DNA from: Tubulanus polymorphus
Taxonomy: Eukaryota; Animalia; Nemertea
DNA length: 64,000 bases
Direction of reading: 5' to 3'
Assembly: GCF_964204645.1 (NCBI RefSeq)
Contig: NC_134032.1
Location: 2,352,416 to 2,416,415, forward strand
Below are positions 26,748 through 40,270 of the stretch, piece by piece (position 1 is the first letter of the stretch; the number at the start of each line of letters is the position of its first letter). The position numbers were made by a program, and so were the translations under genes. The notes beneath the pieces are model-generated. The model made no database searches and was not told the origin of the DNA. It saw nothing but the letters and a program-made list of their open reading frames with translations.

Positions 26748-29093
26748 ATGTGAGTTTTACAGGAAGTCTTTTTGCATAGTTTCAACAGATAATTGGATAT
26801 ATTGAAAAAAACACCAAAATTTCATTTACAATGATAATACTAAAAACGTTCGTGCAATGTTCTTGTAGATTTCTTCTTTACTTTCAGGAAGTAACTATAG
26901 TTGAATGCTACTTTTTGTTTTACAGGAATTTCATATTCTATCGTTTGTTTTACATTTGTTTGTTGTGCTCATTGTGGAAATTTGGTAAGTCTTCTCAGGT
27001 TTTGCTTTACTGTACGTCTTTTGGAGCTTCGTTCACGCAGATTTTCAACCTATCTGATCGTTGTTGTTTTAACCTAACGGGACCGCAGTCTCTGAAGTGT
27101 TGTCCGTGCACTGTTAGCCGCAAGCAGGACTCCATCCCGTTTGCCACTCACGAGTTTTATCGAATGTTCGTTTATTTAAATACGATCGAAAACTGAATTA
27201 CATTGCACAGGTTATAATACAGTGATGCAATTACAGATTGAACTTTTATTACAGATACCGTAATTTCTATCAGCGTTGAGGAAAGAAGCTTGGACCAGTT
27301 TGGCCATATGATGAAAGAATTGACAAAACGACCGGTATCAGATTTCAACGAATACGGCAACTATTGCGGGAAGGGAGGTAGTGGGCGTGTCCTTGATCAG
27401 ATTGACAGGTATATAGCACCCAACAGTGACGATGAAATTACGTTCTATGCGATGATAATACCTTGCAACAAACCTACACCAAATTTCATTCAAATGCATT
27501 TAAAGCCATTGCAATGCAAGAGACAAATACGTGTATTTCGATCTATAACTTCAAAAGACAATCTTCAATGTTTAACCGGAGTTAATTACTTTTTTTGACC
27601 TTTTTACTTAACTGGAAATTAAATTCAATATCCTTAGATCAGTTAAAGTACCAACTTAGATTTTACAGGTCCTATATTGTAAACGGTTATAGAACCAAAG
27701 CATAATTCCGCTGGCCTAATGCTGTTGGAATGCTGTAGAACCTGAATGAATTAAGACTGGTCTCAAGTTGTTAGGTTTGGTTATGGAGCCAACATTTCCT
27801 TTATTGGGTTTTAAGTTATTAACTGGTAAAAGTACCAACGCATCTCATTAATTGTCGGTTTGTTTTATTCAATACATATATATCATTTTATTCACATGTA
27901 AATTGTCACATGAAATTCAAGCTTAAAATCCCGTACTATTTTTCTAAAGGTGCTGTAAAGTGCACGATGATTGTTACGGTCGTATTAGCAACAACGAATG
28001 TAAAAGCAAGAGTTTTTGGGACATTCTGTTTACTTCAGTTTATCTGAATAGATACGCGTGGAAAATGCAAAATGGCGCGATCATTTGCGGTACGTATATC
28101 CAACCAGAGATATCTTAACGTCGATAGTGCCGATCACTTAAACCCGATTGTTGCACTTAGCGTTTTGAAATTACGTACTTTACTCAAATTCAATGTAAGA
28201 TAAGTAACGACGTTTACTCGGTACATTTGAGGAGAACATTGACACTACAATCTGCGTCCGTGTTGCAAAGATGGTACAAAATCTAACATTGAAAATAAAA
28301 GCAGCCTGAACCCTTTCGCTGGGTACTATTTGAATAATCCACGAGCAATAAATCTGTGTTTATGTTGATTTTGATTTCAAAATGAATTCATGCGGTTTTT
28401 TAATGAAGAAAGACTCATCAAACTATCGGTTATGATGCTAGTTGTAAGAGCTTTAAACGACGATAAAATGTTTGGTACACAAAGTTTGAACATCAAGGTA
28501 ACCAGTGACTTAGATCTCGATGTTAATCTTAGTTCACGTCTTTGTTAACATAAATTAGTTTTATTATAATAGAAAACATTGTAAGCACTTTCTATGAGAT
28601 AGAGCATTTCAACGACTGTAAGACATCCGTAAAGCATACTGATGACGTTTTAGCAGCCAGGTGGCTAGTTTGTCATCTAGTCGAAATTAGGTTAATAGGT
28701 CAAGTGTCACGTGTCAGGGGACATCGCCGTTATCTATCGGATTACATCGTCACAGCCCAAATGATATCGCCAGTGAAAGGGCGAAGCAGATGATATGAAA
28801 TTCGACACGTCAAAAAGTGCATTGTATCGTTGAGCTAATAGATTATTCGGCGTTTGTAATTAAGCTCACGAGATCTTATGATTAATTCCATATTTAGTGC
28901 ATTTTGTTTTTTATGAAGATTCTTTTGAAGATTCTCATTTTTTCTACTAGAATCAAGAAATAACAGATGTGATATGGTACTGTGCCAATGCGACAAGACT
29001 GCCGCCGAGTGCTTCAAGAAAAACTTGCGATTTTACAACCCGGCCAGAAAATCGTCGAGTCATTTGGATAAATTCATCCACGCGTTCTACTAA
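26748..29093 (+). CDS. Secretory phospholipase A2 (165 aa); exons 26748-26749, 26926-26984, 27255-27408, 27950-28089, 28951-29093
   Basis: GT-AG joins give MNFIFYRLFYICLLCSLWKFDTVISISVEER-SLDQFGHMM, then the Ca2+ loop YGNYCGKGGSG, catalytic DRCCKVHDDCY and LCQCDKTAAECF. The two 5' exons are less certain. Confidence 0.9.
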
Positions 29094-30971
29094 AATGATG
29101 ACTCATTTAGGTAAAAAATGTAATATTTTGCCATAAATACATATTGAGTCTATGTCACCAGGTCATCATTAAACGTTTGTTTTTGCGTCTCTAGGATCTT
29201 TCACTTTGTGCTCGTCTATAAGTTACCACGGTGAAGTTGGTAACTTGTTCCTTATTCCTTATTCCGTTACTTATTGAGTTCTCTACTTTTGGGAAGACGT
29301 TCGATGGCTCCTCTGTAGCCTGATGTCAATGATTATCACTTGTGAATTGCGTACCAATTGATGCATTGTTTCACTGCGATTTTCACAAGAATTAAAATTT
29401 TCTCTAATCTCTAAAATCATTCATTCTCGCACTTAGGAAGAAATTGGATTTCAATGGATTTCAAATTCATTCGATGATAACCTAACCACGCAAAAATGCC
29501 CTTGTTTCTCATCTGCCCTCTGAAAACGTGAGGAGGGCGGCAAGTTTTTACCTGCCCTCTGAAAAAGTGAGGAGGGCGGCAAGTTTTTACCTCTACCTCC
29601 ATTTAAAAAAGCAGCAATAACAAGAAAATTAATTTCAATGAATTATTTGATGCCTGCGAAAAATAATGTAGAATTTTTGGGATAAGCTAACGTGGGATTG
29701 CAAATTTGAAATCGAAGTTTTAAGAAATTTGGGGAATTGTGAGATTTAGCAATTAGGTAGCAGGTTGACCGGGCTAAATCCAGGCCGGGCACTGCTACTC
29801 GATCCTCCTGAGTATGGGTTGAAGTAGACATAGTAGATTTTTATGCTACGAATGTCCAGATGCGAGCGAACGAATGAGTAAATGTACTTATATGGGCACA
29901 TATAATTAGACACTGGCCAGTCCGGCAGTGCGTGAAAACAAGTTGTTATTATTAAGAGATGAAGGGGAGTTTTTGATTTTCCTGAGAAGGGGACAAAAGG
30001 TACAACAATGGGCTGCTTTATCGTGGCAACGGCTTTTGTCGAACTGAAAATATCAAGTTTTACATTTTACTTACAGCGACGCTAAGTGAATAAGTCTATT
30101 TCTAGCTACCGTACCGATATAAGATGTTTCAGATATGATAAATTTCCTTAAATGTAACGGTGATAGTGGTGTGTGTGTGATCTAACTATGAACCCTCTCA
30201 AACTTACGATTCACATCAATTTGAGTAGATTTGTATTCTATGAATGTCAGATGCAATAGAACGAATTTGAAAATGTACTTATATAGGCACAGATAATTAG
30301 ACACTTGGCCAGTCCGGCACCGATAAAAGGTCAAGCCTACTATTTTTTTGCATATTTAATTAATAATGAAACATTTATTAAGTTACTTGAATATATTGTT
30401 TAAGTTATTCAAATAATAATAATAATTTATTTTCGTAAACCATGACACATATAATCGCAAGAACAGTTAATACTTTTAACAAATAACGTAGTACGGTTAC
30501 GAGGTATCCAGTGCAAGCCAACAGGCTGTAATTAAAATTAAGGCGCTGGAACCTTGTGCAGAGTGCAGGGGAATTTGCAGTGATACTTACGTAAAATAAT
30601 CTTAATGCTAAAGAAATTACAAAGAAATTCTCAAAGAAATTACAATTTGTATCATTCCTGTATCATATGCCCCTCCTTACACAGATTCGACCTAGAATCG
30701 TTGAAAAATGTACATACATCATCAAATGGCAAGAGAGCAAAATTATATGTCAAAAAAATTCCAGAAAACAACAAAAAACGTATATGCGAAGAGATGCGTA
30801 ATAAGACTGATCAATCGAGGGGATGACTACACTACTACATTTATGATATGACTTGCGGATGATATCGAAACTACAAAATAGAAAATAGAGAGGTAACCAC
30901 CAAATAAATAAGATCATTTCAGCTCTCCCCGGTCCGTACCACAAATATTTAGCACGCGGTTATCTAAATGG

Positions 30972-31309
30972 TATGGTGGCTGATTCGGGCCATGCAAAAA
31001 AAGATTTCTGTACGGCTAAAGCAACGATAAAAAAATTTTCACATTGGCCCGTTTTTTGGTTTTCTCGCGCGAGAATTCAAAAAGTTTGGTTTTCTCGCGC
31101 GAGAATTCGGGAACTTTGGTTTTTATCCAGCTTCTAGCCAGTCAGAAAAAATTTCCAAACCAAAATGTTTAGTTTTCTCGCGCGAGAAAACCAAAAGTTT
31201 TGAATTCTCGCGCGAGAAAACCAAAAAACGGGCCATTGTGGAAATGTTTTTATTGTTTGCTCTAGCCGTAAAGAAAAATTTTTTAGTATGGCCCGAATCA
31301 GCCACCATA
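30972..31309. mobile_element. Foldback MITE
   Basis: Perfect 22-bp terminal IR TATGGTGGCTGATTCGGGCCAT, imperfect symmetry extending ~140 bp, internal TTCTCGCGCGAGAA palindromes. A degenerate relative lies at ~61255-61360. Confidence 0.85.
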
Positions 31310-33738
31310 AAATGGCGAGACAAATTATTGCGATTTATATCAGAACTATATCATTATATTTGCGATGGTCGCGCGTCAAACTATACGCATAAGCAGGTAT
31401 ATATCTTTTTTCACTTGACAAATTCTTGAAAAACATTTAAAAAAAAATTTAGTATATAAGTTACGACCTAAGATCTGTCTGATGGAAAAAAAGGTATCTC
31501 TTATTAGCCGTAAATTAGTCAGTCATTCATTTATCCTTCACATTGTGCGTATAGTTCACATACCACCCGCGGTGGCTCTATTTATGATGTTATCTTTGAC
31601 GATCAACACAAGCACATGCGCGCGCTAGTTCGCGTAGCCTATGTGCGTAGCCTATGAAATAAACATCGTTTGTCACAGACCGACAGCACCACTCACTAAT
31701 ATACGTTTATCGTGTCATATATAAGAGAAGCAACAATATCAGGAGTTCGAAAACGATGTGATGTCCCTATGAAATGCCTAGTGAAATGACTGGAAGCCGT
31801 TAGCGTTTGGCAGAGATGACGTCACAACGCGCACCTACTAACAAAAGCAATGACAGTGACCACGTGCTGAAAAATTGCCGATTTAAAAGTCTAATTTTTC
31901 GGTAATAGCTTGACTTAAACTCAAAAGTCGCATATTTGATATACTTTACGTTTGAAAATAACTTTTCCACAATATTCTATTTTGATGGCAGTTGATTTTA
32001 AACCCGTTAAACATGTTTATGGATTGGAATACGAATTTCGGAAATGGTAAACCAACCAAAAATGTGTAGGTCCGAACCTACATTAGGTGCTCGCCCTCTT
32101 TGAATCCAGGTATCATATTATTTACAATACAGATGGTAATTAGCTGAATTTATAGTATTAACTGAATTTATAGTATTAACTGATATTCCGTAGAATGAGC
32201 GTATATGCAGTACGTATACAGCGTTTTGTGCACAAAATTGATTTGCAATTCAATTGTTTACTGAAATCTATCGTTCTACATACTTTCAATGAGATTGAAC
32301 TGTGAGATCTAATAAAAACCATGTCACTATAACAATTTATATCTAATCTGGACCGAATTCCACGTTCTTGAAATATATATGTAACTGCATATTGAAACAG
32401 ATCTCTATAGAACCTAATCAAGAGGTGTGTAACCAGGAGAACTTTTCAATCACATCAGCTTATTTACTTACAAGAACAACCGTGCAAACATAAAACACAG
32501 GTTCAAATCTCAAACAATGAGAACAAATCTGCTTCAAAATCACGAGGAATTCAAATAAACAGAAAACCTGTGATCTTATTCATTTTCAATTACTAATTTT
32601 TTATACAGCGCGATCTGAATCTAGCTACATTTAAAACCTCGATATTATTTTGGGTTCATTGGATTAAACATTTTCAAAACTTCATTTTTCAAAAGTCGAC
32701 CCATAAAATGTGGCCATCTGAAAATAAACATCACCGATCAAGCCTTTGAAAGAAATGCTTTGTTCTATGGCGCAACTTTCCCATATTATAAACCAGGGGT
32801 ACACCTCCGATTCGTGACTTTGGAATATAATGTGATTGAACGTCATTTAGGACTGTGCTCTCGCTTATCTTACTTTTTGAACAATTTCGTTTTAGGTCAG
32901 TGTGTTACTAGACCGGGTGTTGAAAATAAATTTTTTAAACAAAAATTTTTTGATTTCACTTCAATCGCGTGGACCGAAACAACAGCCGACATGGCTATAT
33001 CAATATATCACGTGACAGAGGCATGGTTGAATATTGGTCCGTGAAAATTCAATTTTACCGCATTTCAGTGTCTAAGTAGAAGATACGGAGCAGTAGTGTC
33101 CGTACATTTTTCATACAGTTTCGTCATATCAAGAGGTATGTTGTTTAGATCTTTTTCAATGTCGAGAGCTGTGAACTGTCCGATAGCGGGTGAACTGCCC
33201 GATAACTAGCGAACAGTCTGACAGCTAGTGGGCCATCTGACGGCTCGCGGGCTAGTCAGCTGTCTGGTAGCTAGTGAAATGTTTGACAGCTGTCTGGCAG
33301 CCAGGGAGCTGTCTGATTAATAGGGAAGTGCCTGAGAGCTAGTGAGCTCTTTGATAGCTAAAATGTACTGTATGATATCGCGCGAACTGTGAGAGAGCTA
33401 GCGAGCTGTTCGACAGCTGTTAGCTGTTCGATAACTAGTGTGCTGATTATGGCTAGTCAACTGTCTGGCACTAGATACTAGCTATTGAGTAGATACTCAG
33501 GTTTTGATTCGAATTCTGTAACGCTGACAGAAGCGACCGATAGAGAGTTTGTAATCTGTTAACCTGATAGAAGCGGCCGGTAGAGAGTTAAAGTCAGCAA
33601 CACGGAAAGCTTCAGCCTGAATATGAGTAGAGGTTAATTGTGAAAATACAGGAAAAAACAATTCATAGGTCAGTAGAATGTCTGCACTGTTAGAGATAGA
33701 ATGATGTAATTCTAATTCTGTTTTTCAGTGCAAGTACG

Positions 33739-35345
33739 ATGGCGGAGAGAAAACCAGAAATAAATGTAGACAATTCCAAAATAAGGATAGGCGGTAACAA
33801 TAATAAGACGACAATATCGTCAAGTTTCGAAGGCATCAGCAGACCTGCTGAGAATCTAGGTAATAATATATGGTTATATTCAGTGTTCATTTGTACGGGT
33901 GTGACTGAGTCCAAATGTGATCTTAAATAGTAAAGTAGGCAATAAAAAGATGTGTGTCTGGAGATTCTGAAGTAAAAAATGGACCCCCTCACCCGAATGT
34001 TTTTAATTCTTGAATGAATATTAAACGACCAATGGTCGAGTGGCCCACTAAACTGTGCGAGGTAAAAATCAGCTACGCTGTAACAACAATGCATAGATAA
34101 GAAAAAAGTTTATCAAAAATTGACTCGATTTTGGTCAGTGTCGACTTTTAATGAAACCGAGCATTAGTTGGGCAAGAATGAAATCTTCGAAAGTTTGTTT
34201 ATGGGAATTTTAGATGCAACAAATGTTCTCAATTTTAATACAACCCGAGAGGGAGTAACACAAAATAACTAAATCTACCAGAACGGCATAAGATAAGTAA
34301 AACTCCCAGGTTACGCGCATCTTTACAACGATTTGTCAGTGAAGATGTAAGCTTGAACCATGTTGTTTTCATGACTCTAGTCCCAGCGGGCTATTGTGTT
34401 CACTTATCGTCCGTTGTCCATAGAAGGTATCGAGTTATCTTAGTAAGTTTTGCAGACGCTTCCTCGATGGATATGATATTTGATTTGTACAATATACGTT
34501 CATCTTCCCGGGATGAATCAAAAGAAAATCCCACTATTTGTATTATTTATGTTTTGATTTAGTTTAGTTTTAGAGAATTATTGATAAAATTAGGTTTTCG
34601 TATCTGAAAAACCTGATAGAAGCGGCAGGCAGAGAGAGTTTGTTATCTGTAAACCTGATAGAAGCGGTCGGTAAAGAGTTTGTAATCTGTAAGACCTAAT
34701 AGAAGCGGCCGGTAGAGAGTTTGTAATATGTTAACCTGGTAGAAGCGGTCGGTAGAGAGTTTGCAATTTATAAACCTGGTAGAAGCGGTCGGTAGAGAAT
34801 TTGTTATCCGAAATTTCTATTCCTAAATCGCAATACGTTCAACCGAAATCTGCCCAATAGGTAAATGATAATCCATATGAATTGTTTCAACATGGAAAAC
34901 CTGAATGATTATGAATAGAGGCTAATTGTGAAAATACTCTGGACAGTACTAGTACTAGGGCAATGTCTTACTATAAGATGATAAAGACTTATTGAGATGA
35001 ATTGACTGCATTCTAAATTCGGCTTTTCAGTACATGGGACCGTGGCGCAGAGAAATCCAGAAATACATGTAGAACATTCTGAAAATGTTCAAATCGGTGA
35101 CAATGTGGCGGAGAAAAATCCACGGATAAATGTAGACCATTCTGAAATGAGTGTAGGCGGTTCCTCTAATGAGACGAAAATATCTTCAACTTTCGGAGGC
35201 GTCGGCACCTCTGAGAACTCAGGTAGAATTATAGATTGTAATCACCAGGGCTATCAAGGGTTGATTGTATTTTGACTCTTTTGTACTTCTCATTGTAGAG
35301 CATGGTCGCAAATCTGGCCCATCGACTGTTGCTACCTTGCTGTAA
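33739..35345 (+). CDS. Small spliced protein (~120 aa) with three RHIM-like repeats; exons 33739-33859, 35030-35222, 35299-35345
   Basis: Phase-1 GT-AG joins. IHVEHSENVQIGDN matches the RHIM core; paralogous segments INVDNSKIRIGGNNN and INVDHSEMSVGGSSN. 5' and 3' extent uncertain. Confidence 0.55.
34605..34805 (+). repeat. ~40-bp tandem repeat (AACCTGATAGAAGCGGYCGGTAGAGAGTTTGTAATCTGT), 5 copies; 2 more copies at 33520-33590
   Basis: Directly visible; precedes each of the duplicated RHIM-like exons. Confidence 0.85.
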
Positions 35346-38300
35346 ATTGACGAGAGACTAGGTAGGGTCTAACCGTCGGTTTTCAGGCCCTAAAAGCGGG
35401 TGCTGAGATCATGGACGTATAAACTAGTTCATACGTCCATGAACGTATGAACTAGTTCATACGTCCATGCTGAGATCAACTTTCAGATCTTGAAAACAAC
35501 TAATACCTATAAACATTGGTCTGAGTAAAATATTCGAGAGAAACATCCTAGGTGATTCAATCAAATGATATCAAAAGTGATTTAAAATCGGGAATGGGGA
35601 TGAATCTAGGAGCAATAGGTTGCGAGCCTTGTGGCAAAGGAAAATAGCACTTTATTGAAAAGGTACTTCCAAAGGTTTGATATTTTACTACATCTGATTA
35701 ACTAAGACAATCTCTTAAAACCATTGAACTGCAAAGTTTTGATCCCTAGAAATAATTTCTTAGGAGAAAAACAACTCGTCTCTATCTTTGAGTGGCGACG
35801 AGTAGCACATTTTGAAAAGTTTAAAAGAGCCTTTGTTACAAATTCATTTTGAATAACTGAATTCTATGAAGAGCAGCCATTTTACAGTGATTAGTTCCAG
35901 ATTCTTGTTTTTAAATATGGCTATGCGCCTTTCTAAAATGCAATTGCACGAACCGTGTGTCCTTTTCATATTCATCTTGCCCATGCTCGTGAACCTTCTT
36001 CAACGTTTAGGCTAATGTGTATTACTTTTTCCATTTTCAAATGAACCGATACCTATACCCGCCTTTTTCAAATTGCTCCAACTTTCCAGTTGCATATCCA
36101 GTAAGTCGGTATCATATTTCACTGATATCACGGGTATTCTACACGTAACTAAATTATCAGCAGATGAAAAGTGAAAAGGAATATTCAGAATTTGAGGGTC
36201 TTCTTCAGGACCACCAAGATAGCCCTTGGGCCAAAAGTTGTTTTCTCGTCCAAAGTTGATTTCAATTACAATTACAATTACAATAAGTTAATTTAGTCCA
36301 GAATTATGCAATTGCACAAAGCAGAAAATTATTTTACAACATACCTCGCAGCATTCAATTTACATTAACAATGTGTTAAACATTTGCGTATATGCAACGC
36401 CAGTTTTTTAAGGGTTTGGCAATTTGAATTAAAAAAAATTGTGCAACTAACTGGGGAATCTCCAATAGCGTTCCGGGATGTATCTTGCTCTGAATTCCTG
36501 GAAGGACGGGCAGACGAGTAAAAAGTGATACTCGTCCCCTACCGCCTCTAAATCACACTTTTGGCACAGCCTATTGACACGGGCGATTCCGCGCCACTAC
36601 CAGAATTCCACCGGTAGCCTGTGATTGAGCATCTAACTCTACATAAAGTGGGTGCTAAAATCAAGCTGTTTTCAGCGATGCCTCGACAAATATTTTTTAT
36701 TGCACAACCTTTCTTTGAAACAATAGGAAATATTGTGACCAGAATCAGCCACCATAGAAAACATCCGAAACTGATCTCATTATTTCAGATGTCACTCAAG
36801 TTCAGAGGTGTCTGGAAGAAACGTCTAAACAAAATGATCGACGTTGAAAATGACTAACAAAGAGGTTTGGTGGAGCGACGAATTACTCAATTTCAACAAC
36901 TTATTCACCAATGAACACTCGAAAATTCTACCCCAAAACGAAACCCGATGATAAATGAAGAAAGCGAGGAGCAAAGAGTGATTTTACCCGGTAATTTCGG
37001 GAAGCTTTTGCAACTCGCTACAAAAAAGACGTCCAGAAATTCTTACAGAATATTGTGTTTTGATGATCCTCTAATCTAGCAATGCGAAATTCCTGTTTCT
37101 TGTTGGATATGAGCGTATATCCATATTCCTCTGGTTATACTGGATGAAATAATTTGGCAATTGTAAGTTATGAAATTTGAACATGAATAGTTAGAATTTT
37201 GTAATATGTTTCAATTTTAGGATATTGAATTTCTTGAAGATAGGATCAGTGTGTTCTAGATAGTGGGACGTATTGTTAATTATTATTGCTTTTTGCAATA
37301 AAATGAGTGGACTTATTGCATAATTACTACCCCAGATTAAGTTACAATATAAATCGGAATAATGTTTAAAAGGAACTATATTGGATGGTCGAAACGAGAC
37401 GTCATGAACGGAGTTAACGCGTGTTTAGATATGTTCAGTTTTTTAACGACGAGGAGACACGGTTTCTACAAAATACAAATTGTAAACATACTAAGTCTAC
37501 GCAATTACTCCAAGCCTTAATTAACATGTTTAATTAATATGCAAACTAGCTACGAAATTCATATATAAATGAAGAAGTTTCAAGTTTATTAAGTATGCGG
37601 AAAAAACGATAAATTTAAGCGCTCTAGCGCTCAAATAAATGTTGACAAATTATAAAGAGAAATAAGTCGAAACTTATCCTGAAATTGGCTGCAAAAATGT
37701 AAACTACGAGCTTTCAAATCGTTGAATCTTGACAGAAATTTACACAAAACGTCGACAAACGCCTAAATACATTACAAAATTAATAGTACATGTACTTACA
37801 ACACATTATTCCCGCAGAGATTTATTCCAGAGCGAACGAAAACCGTCCTGCCGACTTACAGAATGGACTGACACCCAAAAAGCGCGCATTTCGACTTTTG
37901 TACCTCAACTAAGCATTAAACTCACAAAGCGTGAAAATACATTTGTCAGAATTTCTAAATCTGTATACAATACGAGTTGACTTAAAATTCAGATCAGAAC
38001 TGAAATAACTAAACTATACATACGCACATTACAGAAACTGCTATTTTATAACAGTATAAATAAGCTTATTTCACAAGCAAGGAAGTACATATTGAACTCG
38101 TGAATGGTGGAACCCCGCTTATTCACCCCCGCTTTTTTCTTCATGTCATTTCCAGCAGCAAGGATTTTAAAATTTTAAAAATTTGAAATTAAGAAAAAAA
38201 AGGCTTGTCACTATAGAGGCGCTGGATTTAACGACATAACACAAATACAGTTTATATCTACTCTGTACCGAATTCCACTACTTGAAATATTCATGTGACT

Positions 38301-39639
38301 GTATAGTCAAACAGTATTAACTCTATAAGGTGTTTATGCTTTCATTTTTTTTCCTAAAGCAAAATCTCAACTGGAACTGGGAAGTGAGGACGTCGATGGA
38401 TAAAACAATATACAGGGAGAAACCGGCGATAACAACGAAAAACAAGAGGTTCACGGACCTTGAGACTTCATCGAGATAATCGGAAGTTCCAGTTAGGGAA
38501 AAGGAACAGGATCAATGTATCTAAACGTATCAATTACAATTACATGTATAACAAATAATAAATGTCACCACTTGTGCTGAAATGTAATTTATAATTCAAT
38601 ACTGTCTTAATTGTAAAAGTTATGCTTGTTTTCTGGCCTTATTTTCTCAAAGATCCGCATGAATTTTCGTAGTACTGATATCCGCGAACAAAAAAAAAAT
38701 ATATTATTATAGAATGTTTAAAAGGAACTGCTTTTTCATAATAGTATGAATAAGCTTATTTCACAAACAAGGAAGTAGTACATTTTGAACTTGTGAATGG
38801 TGGAACCCCGCTTATTCACAGTAACTGGTAATTTGGAAATTCTCGGAGCCTTTCTTCTTTATTTATTTATGAAATGACGTCACGAACTTCCAGATTTTAG
38901 CAAGTCCGCGCCATGATTGGCGATTGCTATTTCCACCGGTGCTATCTTTAAGTAATTCTAAGTTTAAAATACGATGCACAGTACATCCATAGAATCTATG
39001 AAGAGAAAGAGACTGTTATATTACTATCACAGTTTAACATTTCGTTTAAAAGCTGTTAGTGGTCGAATCTAATAGATGATTTTTACGTGACGAAACTAAG
39101 TGGAAAATATGTTAAAATGATAATCAGTGGGAATACAATAGGGTTTATGCGGAGGCAGCAGAAAACCTAATAAAGAATGATAAGAACGCTTTACTAGACA
39201 ATGACTGTCAGACCCCCCTACTTTACCCAAACACTCTTCAATTAGACTTCCCTATGAATAAGCTCATTTCAACTTATTTCCACGTTAAGACATAATCTTG
39301 GATATGTCAAAAATGATAAATATCCATTGACATACATTTCCCAGCGCTCTAATTAATGTATCAAGTATACTACCGCGTAATGAAAAAAGCACTATGCAAC
39401 GTATCTAACAATGACACTTCCTTTAAGATCAGGAACTATCTTCGAAAACTCGGTGACAGTGAACATCATTAGAATTATATACGTAGATATTGACTTGGTA
39501 TTTCAACCGAATTTTTCTGTAACTCAACCGTTATTTGCTTCAACTGATAGAACAGGAATTCCTATTGGAATCGATAGTGCCAAATAACTCACACAAGTCT
39601 TTCTTCGCGCATTGGCATCGCATAAGAACAAGGCATCAC

Positions 39640-40270
39640 CATCCGGTATCAGCTCAACGGGTCATTTGGCCAAAAAGGATAACATTTCAGTTCCGGATGA
39701 TTTACCAATAACATCAGTCTAAATAAATGCTACGTATTAATGATTTTTACCTACTCTATACTTATTCATCATCGACATCTTAAATCATAACTCAGTGATT
39801 TGATGAAAACTCTTCTGTAGAGGTTGAAAAGCATAATATCTCAATCTGCGCTTTTAACGTTCGTAGTTGTAACGTGAATTTTGAACCATTTTCATATCTT
39901 TTGAACAATTCAAAAGCAGACTTTTCTATTTTGAGGCTTTCGGAAACCTGGACAAACGAACTGCATGATAATCGCAGGTTTTACAGATTCCAAGGTATGA
40001 AAAGTGTTTTTAAGATTATAAAAAATTGTCAGGGGGTAGGTTTTTAGATACATTTTGTACGTGAAATTTAGACTAAATCTATATGAAGACAGAAATAGTT
40101 TTGATTGCCTCTTTATAGATATGGATTTTGAAAAAGAAAGAAATAAGTTAATTGGTTTGATCTATCGACCACCCGCACAAAACAAAGCTGAAATGGCTTA
40201 ACCAATTTTTCGTTTCATTCCACTTTTAAAGAAACTCAATACAGAAAACGAAGTAGGCTATGTAATGGGC
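39640..40270 (+). pseudogene. Decayed CR1-type LINE AP-endonuclease fragment
   Basis: FNVRS, LSETW and IGLIYRPP remnants, interrupted by stops. Confidence 0.6.

Noticed and set aside
29850-30320. Short local duplications (29850-29927/30233-30319; also 29512-29591 and 38053-38126/38743-38819)
   Set aside because: Ordinary diverged repeat fragments with no coding or structural signal.
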